Source: Octopus bimaculoides (lineage: Eukaryota). Taken from it: 52,490 nt of DNA. Shown here one piece after another: positions 40,682 through 48,519 of the stretch. Where the stretch lies: NCBI RefSeq assembly GCF_001194135.2, contig NC_068986.1, positions 31,256,467 through 31,308,956 on the forward strand. Direction: 5' to 3'. Below the pieces are notes generated by a model. That model searched no databases, had not been told where the DNA came from, and worked only from the letters and a program-made list of their open reading frames with translations. The position numbers and the translations under genes are program-made. Within the stretch, counting starts at the first letter, position 1. Every line of letters begins with the position of its first letter.

Positions 40682-43600
40682 TGTATGTACACACTCAAAT
40701 ACATATACTTACAAACATAATATACACTCTTTATGATTTAGAAATTTAGCTTTTGCAAAACATTATAGTTTGTAAATATATCTTTGTTCTTTTTTCTTTG
40801 TCTTTCTAGCTGGAATCATCTACCAATGGCTTAGTAAAACGAGCTGAAGTACAGGATGCTGATACTCAAGTGAACATCTACTTTGAACAGGTATACTTTT
40901 TAAATTGGCTTCATTCAACAATTTTTTCTGGCTAAGGGAAACCCTAAGTTGGGTGTAACATTTGTGTAATGTTTCTTTTAAGCAAACTCATGTATAGTAT
41001 CAGCATACAGATCAAATTTAACTGCATGCAAAGAATTAAATGTATATGTTCAAAGCAGGTACAGAGTTGGTTGACTCACAGTAAATAAATGACAAAATTT
41101 AGAGCTATGTTAATCATGCTGTTGTATGTAGGTAGTTGAGTTGATAAGGATATAATGCAAATGTTTGTGTTTGACAGATGGCAACATGTATTGAGTCATC
41201 ACAGCATTAGATTTAGTTCATATCTGGGACACATAACTCTCAAGAAGCTCAAATCCTCTAAATGTAAGCTGGTCATCTCACTAAAGTTGGCAAAGTCAGA
41301 AGAATAAATTTCATGAATGCTTATTAGCTTTTGGTGCTAAGTTTTCCCCAGAAATTATAACTTGGAGAAGAGTGATCTTTGCTAAGATGACTAGTTTTTA
41401 AAACACTACATGAATATGAAAAGCTTCAATGGAGCCTTTGTTGTTCAGTCAAGATGTGGGGTTCTTTCATCACAGTACCCATGCTCTTAGTTTCAGAATC
41501 AGTTCATTTGATTCCCTCAGACACATTGTGAAGGAAGTTAATGCTACTGATTTCTCTTGGCTTTAAGTTTCTACGCAACCAACCATATGATCTTGACCTC
41601 TTTCTTGTTACTTATGAATGTTCTGTGCCATGTAGTTTTAGATCTTTCTCTCTTTATTTTTTCCTCTAGTGCTGTCCATTATATTCTCAGAATCCTTCTC
41701 AAGCATGCTGCACCAATAAGAATAAAAAAAAAGGAATAATATAATACCATAAAATGTTCAATAGTATTATAGACAAAACTGTTAAAATGATGATTCACAT
41801 ATATATATACACACACACATGCATTTGATTAGGTGTATTAATGAAAGAAAGTAGCCCTTTGTACAATTAGTTGAAGTTGTAAGTATCTAATAACAAGCTG
41901 ACTCAGCTCCACATTACTTAAAGTTTCATAGCCAGAGGGATACATCTACATCCTCCAATGTACAGAGTCAGACTGAAGAGAACTTTTGAAAAATTGAAAA
42001 GAAGGCTACTAGAATATTCATGTCTCTATTGGTTTGTTCAGGTCATGTGGCTTTAATCTATGTGGCTTTAATATATGGCTTTAATCAATCCATTGCTACA
42101 ATAGAAGACTCTTGTCCAGGGTTCTGTGTTGTTCAATGAAAGCTAGAACCATATGGCTAAGAAGCAAACTTCTTAACTACACAACTATTTCTGCAACATG
42201 AAGTAAGTATTATTATGTAATTTAACTCAGAGAAGGGTAGATTAAAAACAAAAACAGTAAAAATAAAACAATTGTAAATAGAAGAAATTCTTAAATGAAA
42301 AATGTATGAGTTGGCAATCACTTCATTGATTGATTGTTGTATCTTTTGTTTTGAGAGAATTTTTATTTATTTGTAGCTACCAGCTAGAGAAGAGACATTT
42401 TCTTTCCAAATTGTCCAAAATATAGTTCTTGAAGAGACAAAGCCAGCGACCTCTGTACTGTATTATTATTATGAAAAACGTAAGTCATGGCTTATTCATT
42501 GAAACTTGTTTCTTGAACATCTATCATATTTTGTCATCAAATTTGAAATGTTCCTTGATTTTGAAAGCTTGTTTGTCTCTTTCCACACAGAGTTATGCAT
42601 GTGTGTGTGTGCATGCATTATATGACATTCAATGTAAAATCTATTATGGCAAGAGACTTCCTAACTCTTACAAACAAAAAGTTCCTTCTTTGCCATAGAT
42701 ATAGAAATATGTTTAACAGACATAACCTTAAAATCAGCTATAGTTGCATGAAAACATAATGCTCTCTTTTACTCTTTTACTTGTTTCAGTCATTTGACTG
42801 TGGCCATGCTGGAGTACCACCTTTAGTTGAGCAAATCAACCCTGGGACTTATTCTTTGTAAGCCTAGTACTTATTCTATCGGGCTCTTTTGCCGAACCAC
42901 TAAGTGACGGGGACATAAACACACCAGCATCGGTTGTCAAGCAATGCTAGGGGGACAAACACACACACATATATACATATATGTGACGGACTTCTTTCAG
43001 TTTCTGTCTACCAAATCCACTCACAAGGCTTTGGTCGGCCCGAGGCTATAGTAGAAGACACTTGCCCAAGATGCCACTCAGTGGGACTGAACCCAGAACC
43101 ATGTGGTTGGTAAGCAAGCTACTTACCACACAGTCACTCCTGCACCTAATAGGAAAATTTAAATAAAGATTTGGTGGTTATAGATCCCTTTTAAACACAC
43201 TGATGAAAAACAATAAAATTGGATAACTACATTTAGAAATTAAAAGGCTTCGGAATACACAGTGTCAATTGGAAAATTTTGGAGAGATTCAAACTGTACC
43301 AACTTGGAAGTAAACTATATGTATACACATATACATTCATACATCCATGTTATACCGGATATGTAGTTGTATTTGTGAGTATGTATGTGCACGTATCTAA
43401 TATTTTATTTATTTGTAAAATTAATTAGAAAATTAATTAAAATTTTGTTTTTTATTTCTTGTAGAAATTCGTACTGCTTATGTATTTAACCTGACAACAA
43501 GATGTGATAAGGATAAACCAACCAGTGGTCATGAAAGTAAGTTTATGAGGATATTGAAAGAATATTCTCTTGAAATACCTTTTGTCAATTTTATAAGAAT

Positions 43601-46600
43601 TTTCTTGTGCAAGAGGTCTTTGTACCTTCTCTTTATTTTAGTCACCTTCCTTTTTCTGTCAATGTTTCTATAGGACTATGTAAGAGTGCATGTTTGAATG
43701 TTTCCCCTCTTTCTCTTTTTTCCTTCCCTCCTGAGATTTCATGTCAAATATGTGTGTGTGTGTGTGTGTGTGTGTGTTTGTGCATATATGTAAGGCATTA
43801 GGAAGGGCATCCAGCTGTAGAAACCAAGCCAAATTTGATTGGAACTGCTGCAGCTCTTCAGCTTGCTAGCTTTGGTCAAACCGTCAAACTCATACCATCA
43901 TGGACAATGGATGATAAATGATGATGATGATATGTACAGAAGAAAGAAAGAATGGATAGGCAAACAATTGGTATCAATTAAGAGCATGGAGTTTATATAT
44001 TTAAGCATAATTGCAGAGCGGTTACAACAGAGTTGTTAGAATTGAGCGTATATAATTAGAAGGCGTGAAATAGTCTCTTACAGCTATTTCCAAAATAGAT
44101 GTGCCTTTGATGTGTTTCTAAGCCAACAAAGATAAGTCTTCCATATATTAGTGGATTATTCCATCTTGAGAGAGGGAAAAAGATGGAAGGAGGCTGAACT
44201 GGCTTACCTAAGCAGAAGTTTGGGGGAGAAGCAGGCTTCATACTGGCAAAAAACAACCATCACATATCAAATATTTCTTGATTTTTCAATCTATAGTATT
44301 TAGTTTTTTTTCTTCTTTTTTTTTTACTTTGATATTATATTATTTATAGAAATATTCTATATCATTATTTTAGAAATCTTTGAATAAAAATTGAGTAAAC
44401 TGATTGTGTTTAGGACAAGAGCTTCCTTTCATGCCATAATCTATTGAAGAGTTATGGCTAAAGGTCTGAATATGGAAGCTTAATCAAGTATCTGAAGGTG
44501 TAAAAGTATTAATCATGATGCTCATATTGATGATAATAATGATGTCAGTAACAAGAATCATATTTATGATTAATTAATTTTTCTCTTTTTTTCTCTTTTT
44601 TTGCATTTTCATAAACAGAAAATTCAACTGAAGAAATACAGAAGGTAAAAAATATTACCCAATTTTTAAAAGAAATTTGATTAAAAATAAGAATTTCAAT
44701 GTAACGTCAACCCCCACCCCTTAACCTAGTGCAGTGAAGAGTTAATTACTTGATCTTCTGTTACCTGTTCCTGACAACTGTATGAAACAAGGCAATGTTT
44801 TGAGTTGTCAGTTAAATTTTTTTCAGTTTTTAAAAAATCTATTTGGTACTCCGTTGTCATATGTGTAAAAAGTGTCATATGTGTAAAAAGTGTTAACATT
44901 TATTCAAATTTTAAAAACGATAAATAAAAGTTGTTGAGGAAGAAGAGAGCTACAAAAAAGCCATAAAACACCACAATAAAAATATTTTTTTGTGCTGATT
45001 CAAATAACATTGTTGGAAAGGATTAAAATAAATAGAAAATAAATAAACGAATAAACAAATTTATCAGACAACCCATTGGAAAAAATGGCCTTTTTATAGG
45101 TCAAATATGTCTCCAAAATATTTGAACTAATCTAAAAGTTTGCCAATTCTGAAATTTATGTATAAAGTTCCTCATTAAAAAAAAAAAGAAGTAGTTCTCA
45201 TAAATTATTTGTCTTCCTTTTCTTTCAGAGATGTCCAGTGTGTTATGATACAGTTCCTGAAAACTTCATGGATATTTTCTGTAAATCTGTTGCCAGTGAG
45301 TATCAAAGATTCTTATGCCCTTTTATTATTGTACAAATTGGCTGCTGTTTCTAGCAAGTTATGCAACCATATAGAGATTCCCTCACTGACTCCTACCACT
45401 AATGTTCAAGGGAAAGGTGTTAATGTCACAGCATCTTATTGATATCTCTGATTTTGTGTTCATGTAAAGCACTGATATTGCTTTATATTGACTAACAATA
45501 TGGATTCTCATTTGTTTGAAAGTGCTACCAAGAAGTTGTGGTATTCATGTTTTAACTCAAAGATATTTGCATTGAAAATGAAATGGCTCTTGTAGGAAAT
45601 TGAATAAATTACATATTTACCTTGCAATTTTGTGGGGAGCAAGTCAATTACATTGAACCCAGTATATGACTGGTACTTTAATTTATTGCTCGACCATCTC
45701 CCACCCGTTCCCAAGGATGACACAAAGTCAACATTGCCAGAAATTGAACTCAGAGCATAAAGAGCTGGGAGAAATGCCACTAAGTATTTTGTCCAATATG
45801 TTAATGAATCTTTTAGCTCACAATCTTCTTGCTAGCTCACCACTTCTTCTGAGCAAGTCTAACACATTTTGTCTGCTTTTTGACGGCTGAAATAGCTATT
45901 CTATCATATAATTACATTAGAAAGGTAAACACAACGAAATAAACATGACCATTTTTAAGCCCAGGTTTGTTAGAAGCTTATCACTATACTTGATATGTGT
46001 TCTGTGTATTATATAAAAACAGATTTCGCTTTATTAGGTTATGAAGGATCATTGAATAACTAAATATCTTTTACAGCTTATAAAGCTGGTTTGATGAATG
46101 CCCCTTCAAAATTGAAGATTTATTCAAATGAAAAAGCCAAGCCAAGAGAAATAATAAACTCAACAGTTAAGCTTGATATCGATAGCAATTGTAAATGTGA
46201 CAATTTGAAACATGAAGGTAAGTTTCTATCTTTCATTTTTTATCTTTTACTTATTTCAGTTAATAGATGGTGGCCTTACTAGGACACTGAAAGGTTTACT
46301 CTTTTACTTGTTTCAGTCATTTGACTGTGGCCATACTGGAGCACCGCCTTTAGTCGAGCAAATCGGCCCCAGGACTTATTCTTTGTAAGCCTAGTACTTA
46401 TTCTATCGGTTTCTTTTGCTGAACTGCTAAGTGACTGGGACATAAACACACCAGCATCGGTTGTCAAGCGGTGTTGGGGTGGACAAACACAGACACACAA
46501 ATACACATATATATATATACATATACATATATACGATGGGCTTCTTTCAGTTTCTGTCTACCAAATCCACTCATAAGGCTTTGGTTGGCCCAAGGCTATA

Positions 46601-46941
46601 GTAGAAGACACTTACCCAAGTTGCCACACAGTGGGACTGAACCCAGAACCATGTGATAGAGAAGCAAGCTTCTTACCACACAGCCATGCCTGTACGTTTA
46701 TACATGATGAAAATTTTAAACAATTTTCCAGATTATGGTATTCAAAATAATGTTATATATCATTATATATTTTTAATCTTTTCCAGTATCCACCATACTA
46801 GCAATTGTAACCAGGAAAAATCTCTATGATGATGCTGCCAAGAAGATTCAGCTGAATGAATTTTCTTCAATATTTCCAACTTCTATGATCAAAAATATTC
46901 GTAAGGAGTTGAAGACATCTCCATGTAAAATCGGTGCATAG
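1090..46941 (+). CDS. Thioester-containing protein, alpha-2-macroglobulin/TEP/CD109 family, with C-terminal NTR-like domain; 5'-partial, 29 exons in window (~1,386 aa)
   Basis: Manual splice reconstruction: all introns GT-AG, phases match, 4,163 coding nt ending in TAG. Family motifs: [96 protein letters not shown]. Confidence 0.95.
1609..1773 (+). CDS. TEP/A2M exon 2
   Basis: cag|..|gtttgt; IIVTTPDKKPVPNIDIEVQIQDTNGTLNNYITDNDGMINALIPAQKSSVKRLRIK. Confidence 0.88.
2418..2770 (-). mobile_element. SINE with CORE-like segment
   Basis: Minus strand TGGTTCAGTGGTTAGGGC..GAGTTCAATTCC head, then CTTGGGCAAGACACTTTATTTCACATTGCTC. Confidence 0.55.
4074..4304 (+). CDS. TEP/A2M exon 3
   Basis: cag|..|gtgaag; includes QWYSLSNSFISI (SPSNSF-like motif) and ends TIYYQ. 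Confidence 0.88.
4607..4781. mobile_element. TTAA-target MITE, same family as 47084-47296, opposite orientation
   Basis: TTAA|CCTTTAGCATT ... AATGCTAATGGG|TTAA. Confidence 0.65.
5060..5400 (+). mobile_element. Decayed Tc1/mariner transposase N-terminal fragment
   Basis: KGLAPKVI...; EPRSRCPATATTKEDIDCVHHIVMDGRLLTMNPIA resembles mariner PRSGRPSTA..NI..V...V..DRR.T; bounds approximate. Confidence 0.6.
5744..5900 (+). CDS. TEP/A2M exon 4
   Basis: tag|..|gtttaa; VLSYGKTLVSNSTNHNHSTLHHVSFKEP...NQDEET. Confidence 0.82.
7027..7196 (+). CDS. TEP/A2M exon 5
   Basis: cag|..|gtaag; ...LIVYYIRSDNEIISDSIKIPVKNCFPNP. Confidence 0.92.
7961..8110 (+). CDS. TEP/A2M exon 6
   Basis: tag|..|gtaag; VSMMFNKDSAQP...[25 protein letters not shown]. 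Confidence 0.93.
8250..8652 (-). mobile_element. tRNA-derived SINE family A (internal microsatellite)
   Basis: Head GGAGTGGCTGTGTGGTAAG..GGTTCAGTCCC (A/B-box-like), GGGCAAGTGTCTT body, GTAAAAGAG tail; copies at 9886-10296(+), 28334-28760(+), 39243-39660(-), 42766-43146(-), 46284-46690(-), 52128-52290(+) and older ones. Confidence 0.8.
8877..8961 (+). CDS. TEP/A2M exon 7
   Basis: tag|..|gtaat; VFEKMSAYNLLRVGQRRKVHHCNYMNFP; phase 0 in, phase 1 out, fits both neighbours. Confidence 0.8.
9793..10555. mobile_element. hAT-type MITE interrupted by a SINE
   Basis: Perfect 8-bp TSD ATCTAGGT (9785-9792, 10556-10563); imperfect TIRs TAGTTGTTCTCGACT / CAGGGGTTCTCAAAC. Confidence 0.75.
9886..10296 (+). 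mobile_element. SINE family A copy nested in the hAT MITE
   Basis: Near-identical to 8250-8652 in reverse orientation. Confidence 0.8.
11040..11260 (-). mobile_element. SINE-like family C
   Basis: GAGCTGGCAGAAACGTTAGCACGCC..GTTCTGAGTTCAAATTCCGCCGAGGT..AAGTACCAGT; copies at 20886-21110, 25725-25935, 37920-38130, 48402-48520, 50690-50850. Confidence 0.65.
11311..11579 (+). CDS. TEP/A2M exon 8 (Pro-rich + polybasic segment, furin-type site RQRR/S)
   Basis: cag|..|gtaaac; DFFGPPSPP...SRQRRSYILPSYTYVDAAEAFE. Confidence 0.88.
12922..13015 (+). CDS. TEP/A2M exon 9 (start of bait-like region)
   Basis: tag|..|gtatg; ATGLAVLTDLNLETKPCDFNYFRNRGVIGAP. Confidence 0.88.
13392..13772 (+). mobile_element. 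tRNA-derived SINE family B
   Basis: GGCCCAGTGGTTAGGGC..GGTTTCGATTCCC head; AGAGTGCCAACAA tail; copies at 7358-7730(-), 9110-9364(+, partial), 11831-12398(+, composite). Confidence 0.8.
14319..14400. repeat. (TG)n microsatellite
   Basis: Direct read. Confidence 0.95.
15969..16119 (+). CDS. TEP/A2M exon 10 (bait-like region, FPETW)
   Basis: tag|..|gtaatc; GPMYYAAPLAE...[16 protein letters not shown]. Confidence 0.93.
17222..17696 (+). repeat. Diverged ~223-bp tandem duplication
   Basis: GAGCTTTGAAG at 17222 and 17445, with colinear similarity following. Confidence 0.8.
18466..18694 (+). CDS. TEP/A2M exon 11
   Basis: cag|..|gtaag; [15 protein letters not shown]...[35 protein letters not shown]. 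Confidence 0.95.
18950..20200 (+). mobile_element. Decayed Mutator-like (MULE) transposase with N-terminal FLYWCH-type motif, in intron 11
   Basis: YWRCKNHVCKARL..HNH; WVADGTLK..FFQLYILH; MDFKKAAHNGF...CCLFHLEQ; YFENNYIG; TTNTFEAYH; several stops and frameshifts; ends approximate, no TIR identified. Confidence 0.85.
20395..20541 (+). CDS. TEP/A2M exon 12
   Basis: cag|..|gtgag; VKLQLVTSKDF...LCVCSEKSEVVEYVIIPQEIGEIDINVT. Confidence 0.92.
21279..21374 (+). CDS. TEP/A2M exon 13
   Basis: tag|..|gtaag; AKALNKRSTCDSKGFQIKQRSEDNLSRKLLIT. Confidence 0.88.
23111..23162 (+). CDS. TEP/A2M exon 14
   Basis: tag|..|gtaag; AEGLLREYTYNSFFCLE. Confidence 0.88.
23405..24020 (-). mobile_element. 5'-truncated RTE-like LINE: ORF end + 3' UTR + (GAT)n tail
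   Basis: Minus strand EGTCGRGKPKKTRDEVVKYDL (GRGRPRKTW-like ORF end) runs into the repeat also seen at 545-889, 15440-15800 and 35500-35923, ending in (GAT)n. Confidence 0.65.
24142..25625 (+). mobile_element. Putative non-autonomous Helitron-type element spanning an assembly gap
   Basis: 5' A|TCTCTATAACTATAAAAC followed by (GT)n; 3' hairpin CCCGG-GCAAAG-CCGGG, 8 nt, CTAG|T; linkage of the two ends across the gap is inferred. Confidence 0.55.
24476..25367. other. Assembly gap (N)
   Basis: N run; other gaps at 26640-26868, 28511-28534, 34328-34337. Confidence 0.98.
26058..26153 (+). CDS. TEP/A2M exon 15
   Basis: cag|..|gtaaat; ADEDSVKVDTVRLDLPKTHLVPESSRAFVSVI. Confidence 0.9.
26235..26342. 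mobile_element. Short TTAA-flanked MITE
   Basis: TTAA|CCTTTAGC ... GATAAAGG|TTAA. Confidence 0.5.
27856..28032 (+). CDS. TEP/A2M exon 16 (thioester GCGEQ at 27912-27926)
   Basis: tag|..|gtaat; [39 protein letters not shown]... Confidence 0.97.
29113..29432 (+). CDS. TEP/A2M exon 17 (TED domain)
   Basis: aag|..|gtatgt; [19 protein letters not shown]...[15 protein letters not shown]...GKVWSSYLKGG...LTAYSVIAIL. Confidence 0.96.
31074..31245 (+). CDS. TEP/A2M exon 18
   Basis: cag|..|gtaag; ...NNAMACL...DTYTLALMHYAFVLSG... Confidence 0.93.
32437..32660 (+). CDS. TEP/A2M exon 19
   Basis: tag|..|gtaaag; MYW...SAEVEITSYVLL...WLTKQRNPYGGFTSTQ. Confidence 0.96.
32885..33097 (+). CDS. TEP/A2M exon 20
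   Basis: cag|..|gtaaaa; [13 protein letters not shown]...KGSGCALVQ. Confidence 0.95.
34288..34377. repeat. (CAT)n microsatellite containing a 10-N gap
   Basis: Direct read. Confidence 0.9.
34456..34574 (+). CDS. TEP/A2M exon 21
   Basis: tag|..|gtgag; MNVKYNVFEI...EGKCDRAILRISV. Confidence 0.88.
35035..35119 (+). CDS. TEP/A2M exon 22 (receptor-binding/MG8 domain)
   Basis: cag|..|gtaag; [28 protein letters not shown]. Confidence 0.92.
35529..35652 (+). repeat. 52-bp tandem repeat, ~2.4 copies, inside LINE 3' UTR
   Basis: CTGTGCTGG at 35532, 35584, 35636. Confidence 0.85.
35868..35923. repeat. (GAT)n microsatellite (LINE tail)
   Basis: Direct read. Confidence 0.9.
36790..37195 (-). mobile_element. 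Decayed RTE-clade LINE ORF fragments
   Basis: KEAWKCHYERLLNVENEW and ...RKVRHKRNQTWF... segments resemble RTE ORF2; internally deleted; bounds approximate. Confidence 0.6.
37504..37880 (-). mobile_element. 5'-truncated RLE-type (R4/Dong-like) non-LTR retrotransposon 3' end, copy 1
   Basis: [51 protein letters not shown]...LLGSAHILRK; flanked on both sides by (ATT)n. Confidence 0.8.
38184..38760 (-). mobile_element. 5'-truncated RLE-type non-LTR retrotransposon 3' end, copy 2 (diverged subfamily)
   Basis: RANKPDVVVKDK...CLLIDMSIP...KLRKCKDL...IPVIVGALG...GTSHVLRRALSL*; PD..D endonuclease motif; (ATT)n at both ends. Confidence 0.8.
40810..40890 (+). CDS. TEP/A2M exon 23
   Basis: tag|..|gtatac; LESSTNGLVKRAEVQDADTQVNIYFEQ. 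Confidence 0.9.
42377..42479 (+). CDS. TEP/A2M exon 24
   Basis: tag|..|gtaag; LPAREETFSFQIVQNIVLEETKPATSVLYYYYEK. Confidence 0.9.
43465..43536 (+). CDS. TEP/A2M exon 25 (end of MG8, linker)
   Basis: tag|..|gtaag; QIRTAYVFNLTTRCDKDKPTSGHE. Confidence 0.82.
44619..44644 (+). CDS. TEP/A2M exon 26, 26-nt micro-exon (linker)
   Basis: long pyrimidine tract + cag|..|gtaaaa; KNSTEEIQK; needed to convert phase 1 (exon 25) to phase 0 (exon 27). Confidence 0.68.
45229..45295 (+). CDS. TEP/A2M exon 27 (NTR-like module start)
   Basis: tttctttcag|..|gtgag; RCPVCYDTVPENFMDIFCKSVA. Confidence 0.8.
46077..46217 (+). CDS. TEP/A2M exon 28 (NTR-like module)
   Basis: cag|..|gtaag; TYKAGLMNAPSKLKIY...DIDSNCKCDNLKHE. 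Confidence 0.8.
46787..46941 (+). CDS. TEP/A2M terminal coding exon 29
   Basis: ttttccag|; VSTILAIVTRKNLY...ELKTSPCKIGA* (TAG 46939-46941). Confidence 0.78.
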
Positions 46942-47083
46942 TCTGTTCTGCACTACTACTGGGCATTTAATGCTTTCATCCTCTTCACTAATATTAACTC
47001 AGTTTCCTGTACTTGAAAGTCAATGAATTTTCAATTTTTTTTATTTCTCTTTCTATCATATGCTTTTCATCCTTTACATTTAA

Positions 47084-47296
47084 CCCTTTAGTGTTCAGAT
47101 CAATATGTCAAAAGTAATCCTTATTCATTTACATTTTAAAAAATTAATCTGGTATCATCTTGTAGAGTTGAAAGATGTAATTGTTTATTTTTAGAATGAC
47201 ATGGCAAAGTAGGTGTGAGATACTGGTTCTGGCCAGTTTGAGCATAAAATGAGTAGAATATTTGGGCCGGATATAGCCGGTTTAAACACTAAAGGG
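47084..47296. mobile_element. TTAA-target (piggyBac-type) MITE downstream of the stop codon
   Basis: TTAA|CCCTTTAGTGTT ... AACACTAAAGGG|TTAA, perfect 12-bp TIR. Confidence 0.8.
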
Positions 47297-48274
47297 TTAA
47301 ACATATATAGATAAGGGAATTGTCTCAGAGTATTCTCTTTTACTCTTATATTACTACTCTCACCAATCTATATAGCTGATGCAATATACTTTTAGCTGAA
47401 TTTAAGTCTACTGGAGGATCTTACCATTCCAGAAAAAAATGTTTAGCAGTAGGTTATCCTGACTTTACATTCTGAATTCAAATGCTCCTGAGGTTGACTT
47501 TGCCTTTCATCCTTTTCAGGGTTGATAAAATAAGTACCAGTCAACATAGGGATCGATGTATCAATGTATTCAACTTGCACCCTCCCATCAAATTTTGGAC
47601 CTTGTACTTATAGTAGAAAGAATTGTATACTCTTGATATAAGATATTATATATTCAGTTATACCTACCACTGATATAAAAATATTCTATTTTCATGTATT
47701 TCTCCAATGTAGTTACAATTAAAAACCTCTTTTGTAAGAAATTTAGTTGACTTTAAATTTGTTTTACTGATATAATTACCACTATGTTAATACTACTATA
47801 TAAAGATTGTTTAACTCATTTTAGTTAAAATACCAATAGAGTTGGTATTTTAGTTAGTTTTAGTTAAAATACCAATACATACCAGTCAGATAAGATATCT
47901 TGATGTTAATTGTAGATCATCACTTAGCAACCATCACATATCTAATATCTCTTGATTTTTCACTCTATAGGACTTAGTTTACTCTTTCTTTTTTTTTTTT
48001 ACTTTAATATCATGTATAAAAACATTCTGCATCCTTATTTTAGAAGTCTTTGAATAAAAATTGAGTAAACTGATTGAATATATTTCTGTCTTTCTTCTGT
48101 GCTTTTGTTTGTTTCCCATTAAATTACATCAATAATGGTGGTGAGTTCCTTAAGATATGGCATTGTGTGGAATGAAAGATTGAGTGTGGTGGTTAGGATG
48201 CTGGCAATTTACCATTGCTGATTGGATATTGAATCTGTTCAGGCAAGAATGATTTTTTAAACTGGAGGTAAACT

Positions 48275-48308
<34 letters not shown>

Positions 48309-48519
48309 CACGCACACACACGCATGCACGCACACATGCACACACACACACATACATGCATGTGTGCAGAAATATACACAATACGGTGAAATGTACACAC
48401 AAGGCAGCAAGCTGGCAGAAGCGTTAGCACGCCGGGTGAAATGCTTAGTGGTATTTCATCTGCCGCTACGTTCTGAGTTCAAATTCTGCCGAGGTCGACT
48501 TTGCCTTTCATCCTTTCGG

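Noticed and set aside
1090-46941. Calling the gene complement C3 or CD109
   Set aside because: No catalytic His and no anaphylatoxin Cys pattern (against C3); the main terminal exon has no GPI-type tail (against CD109). Orthology needs a phylogeny, so no symbol is given.
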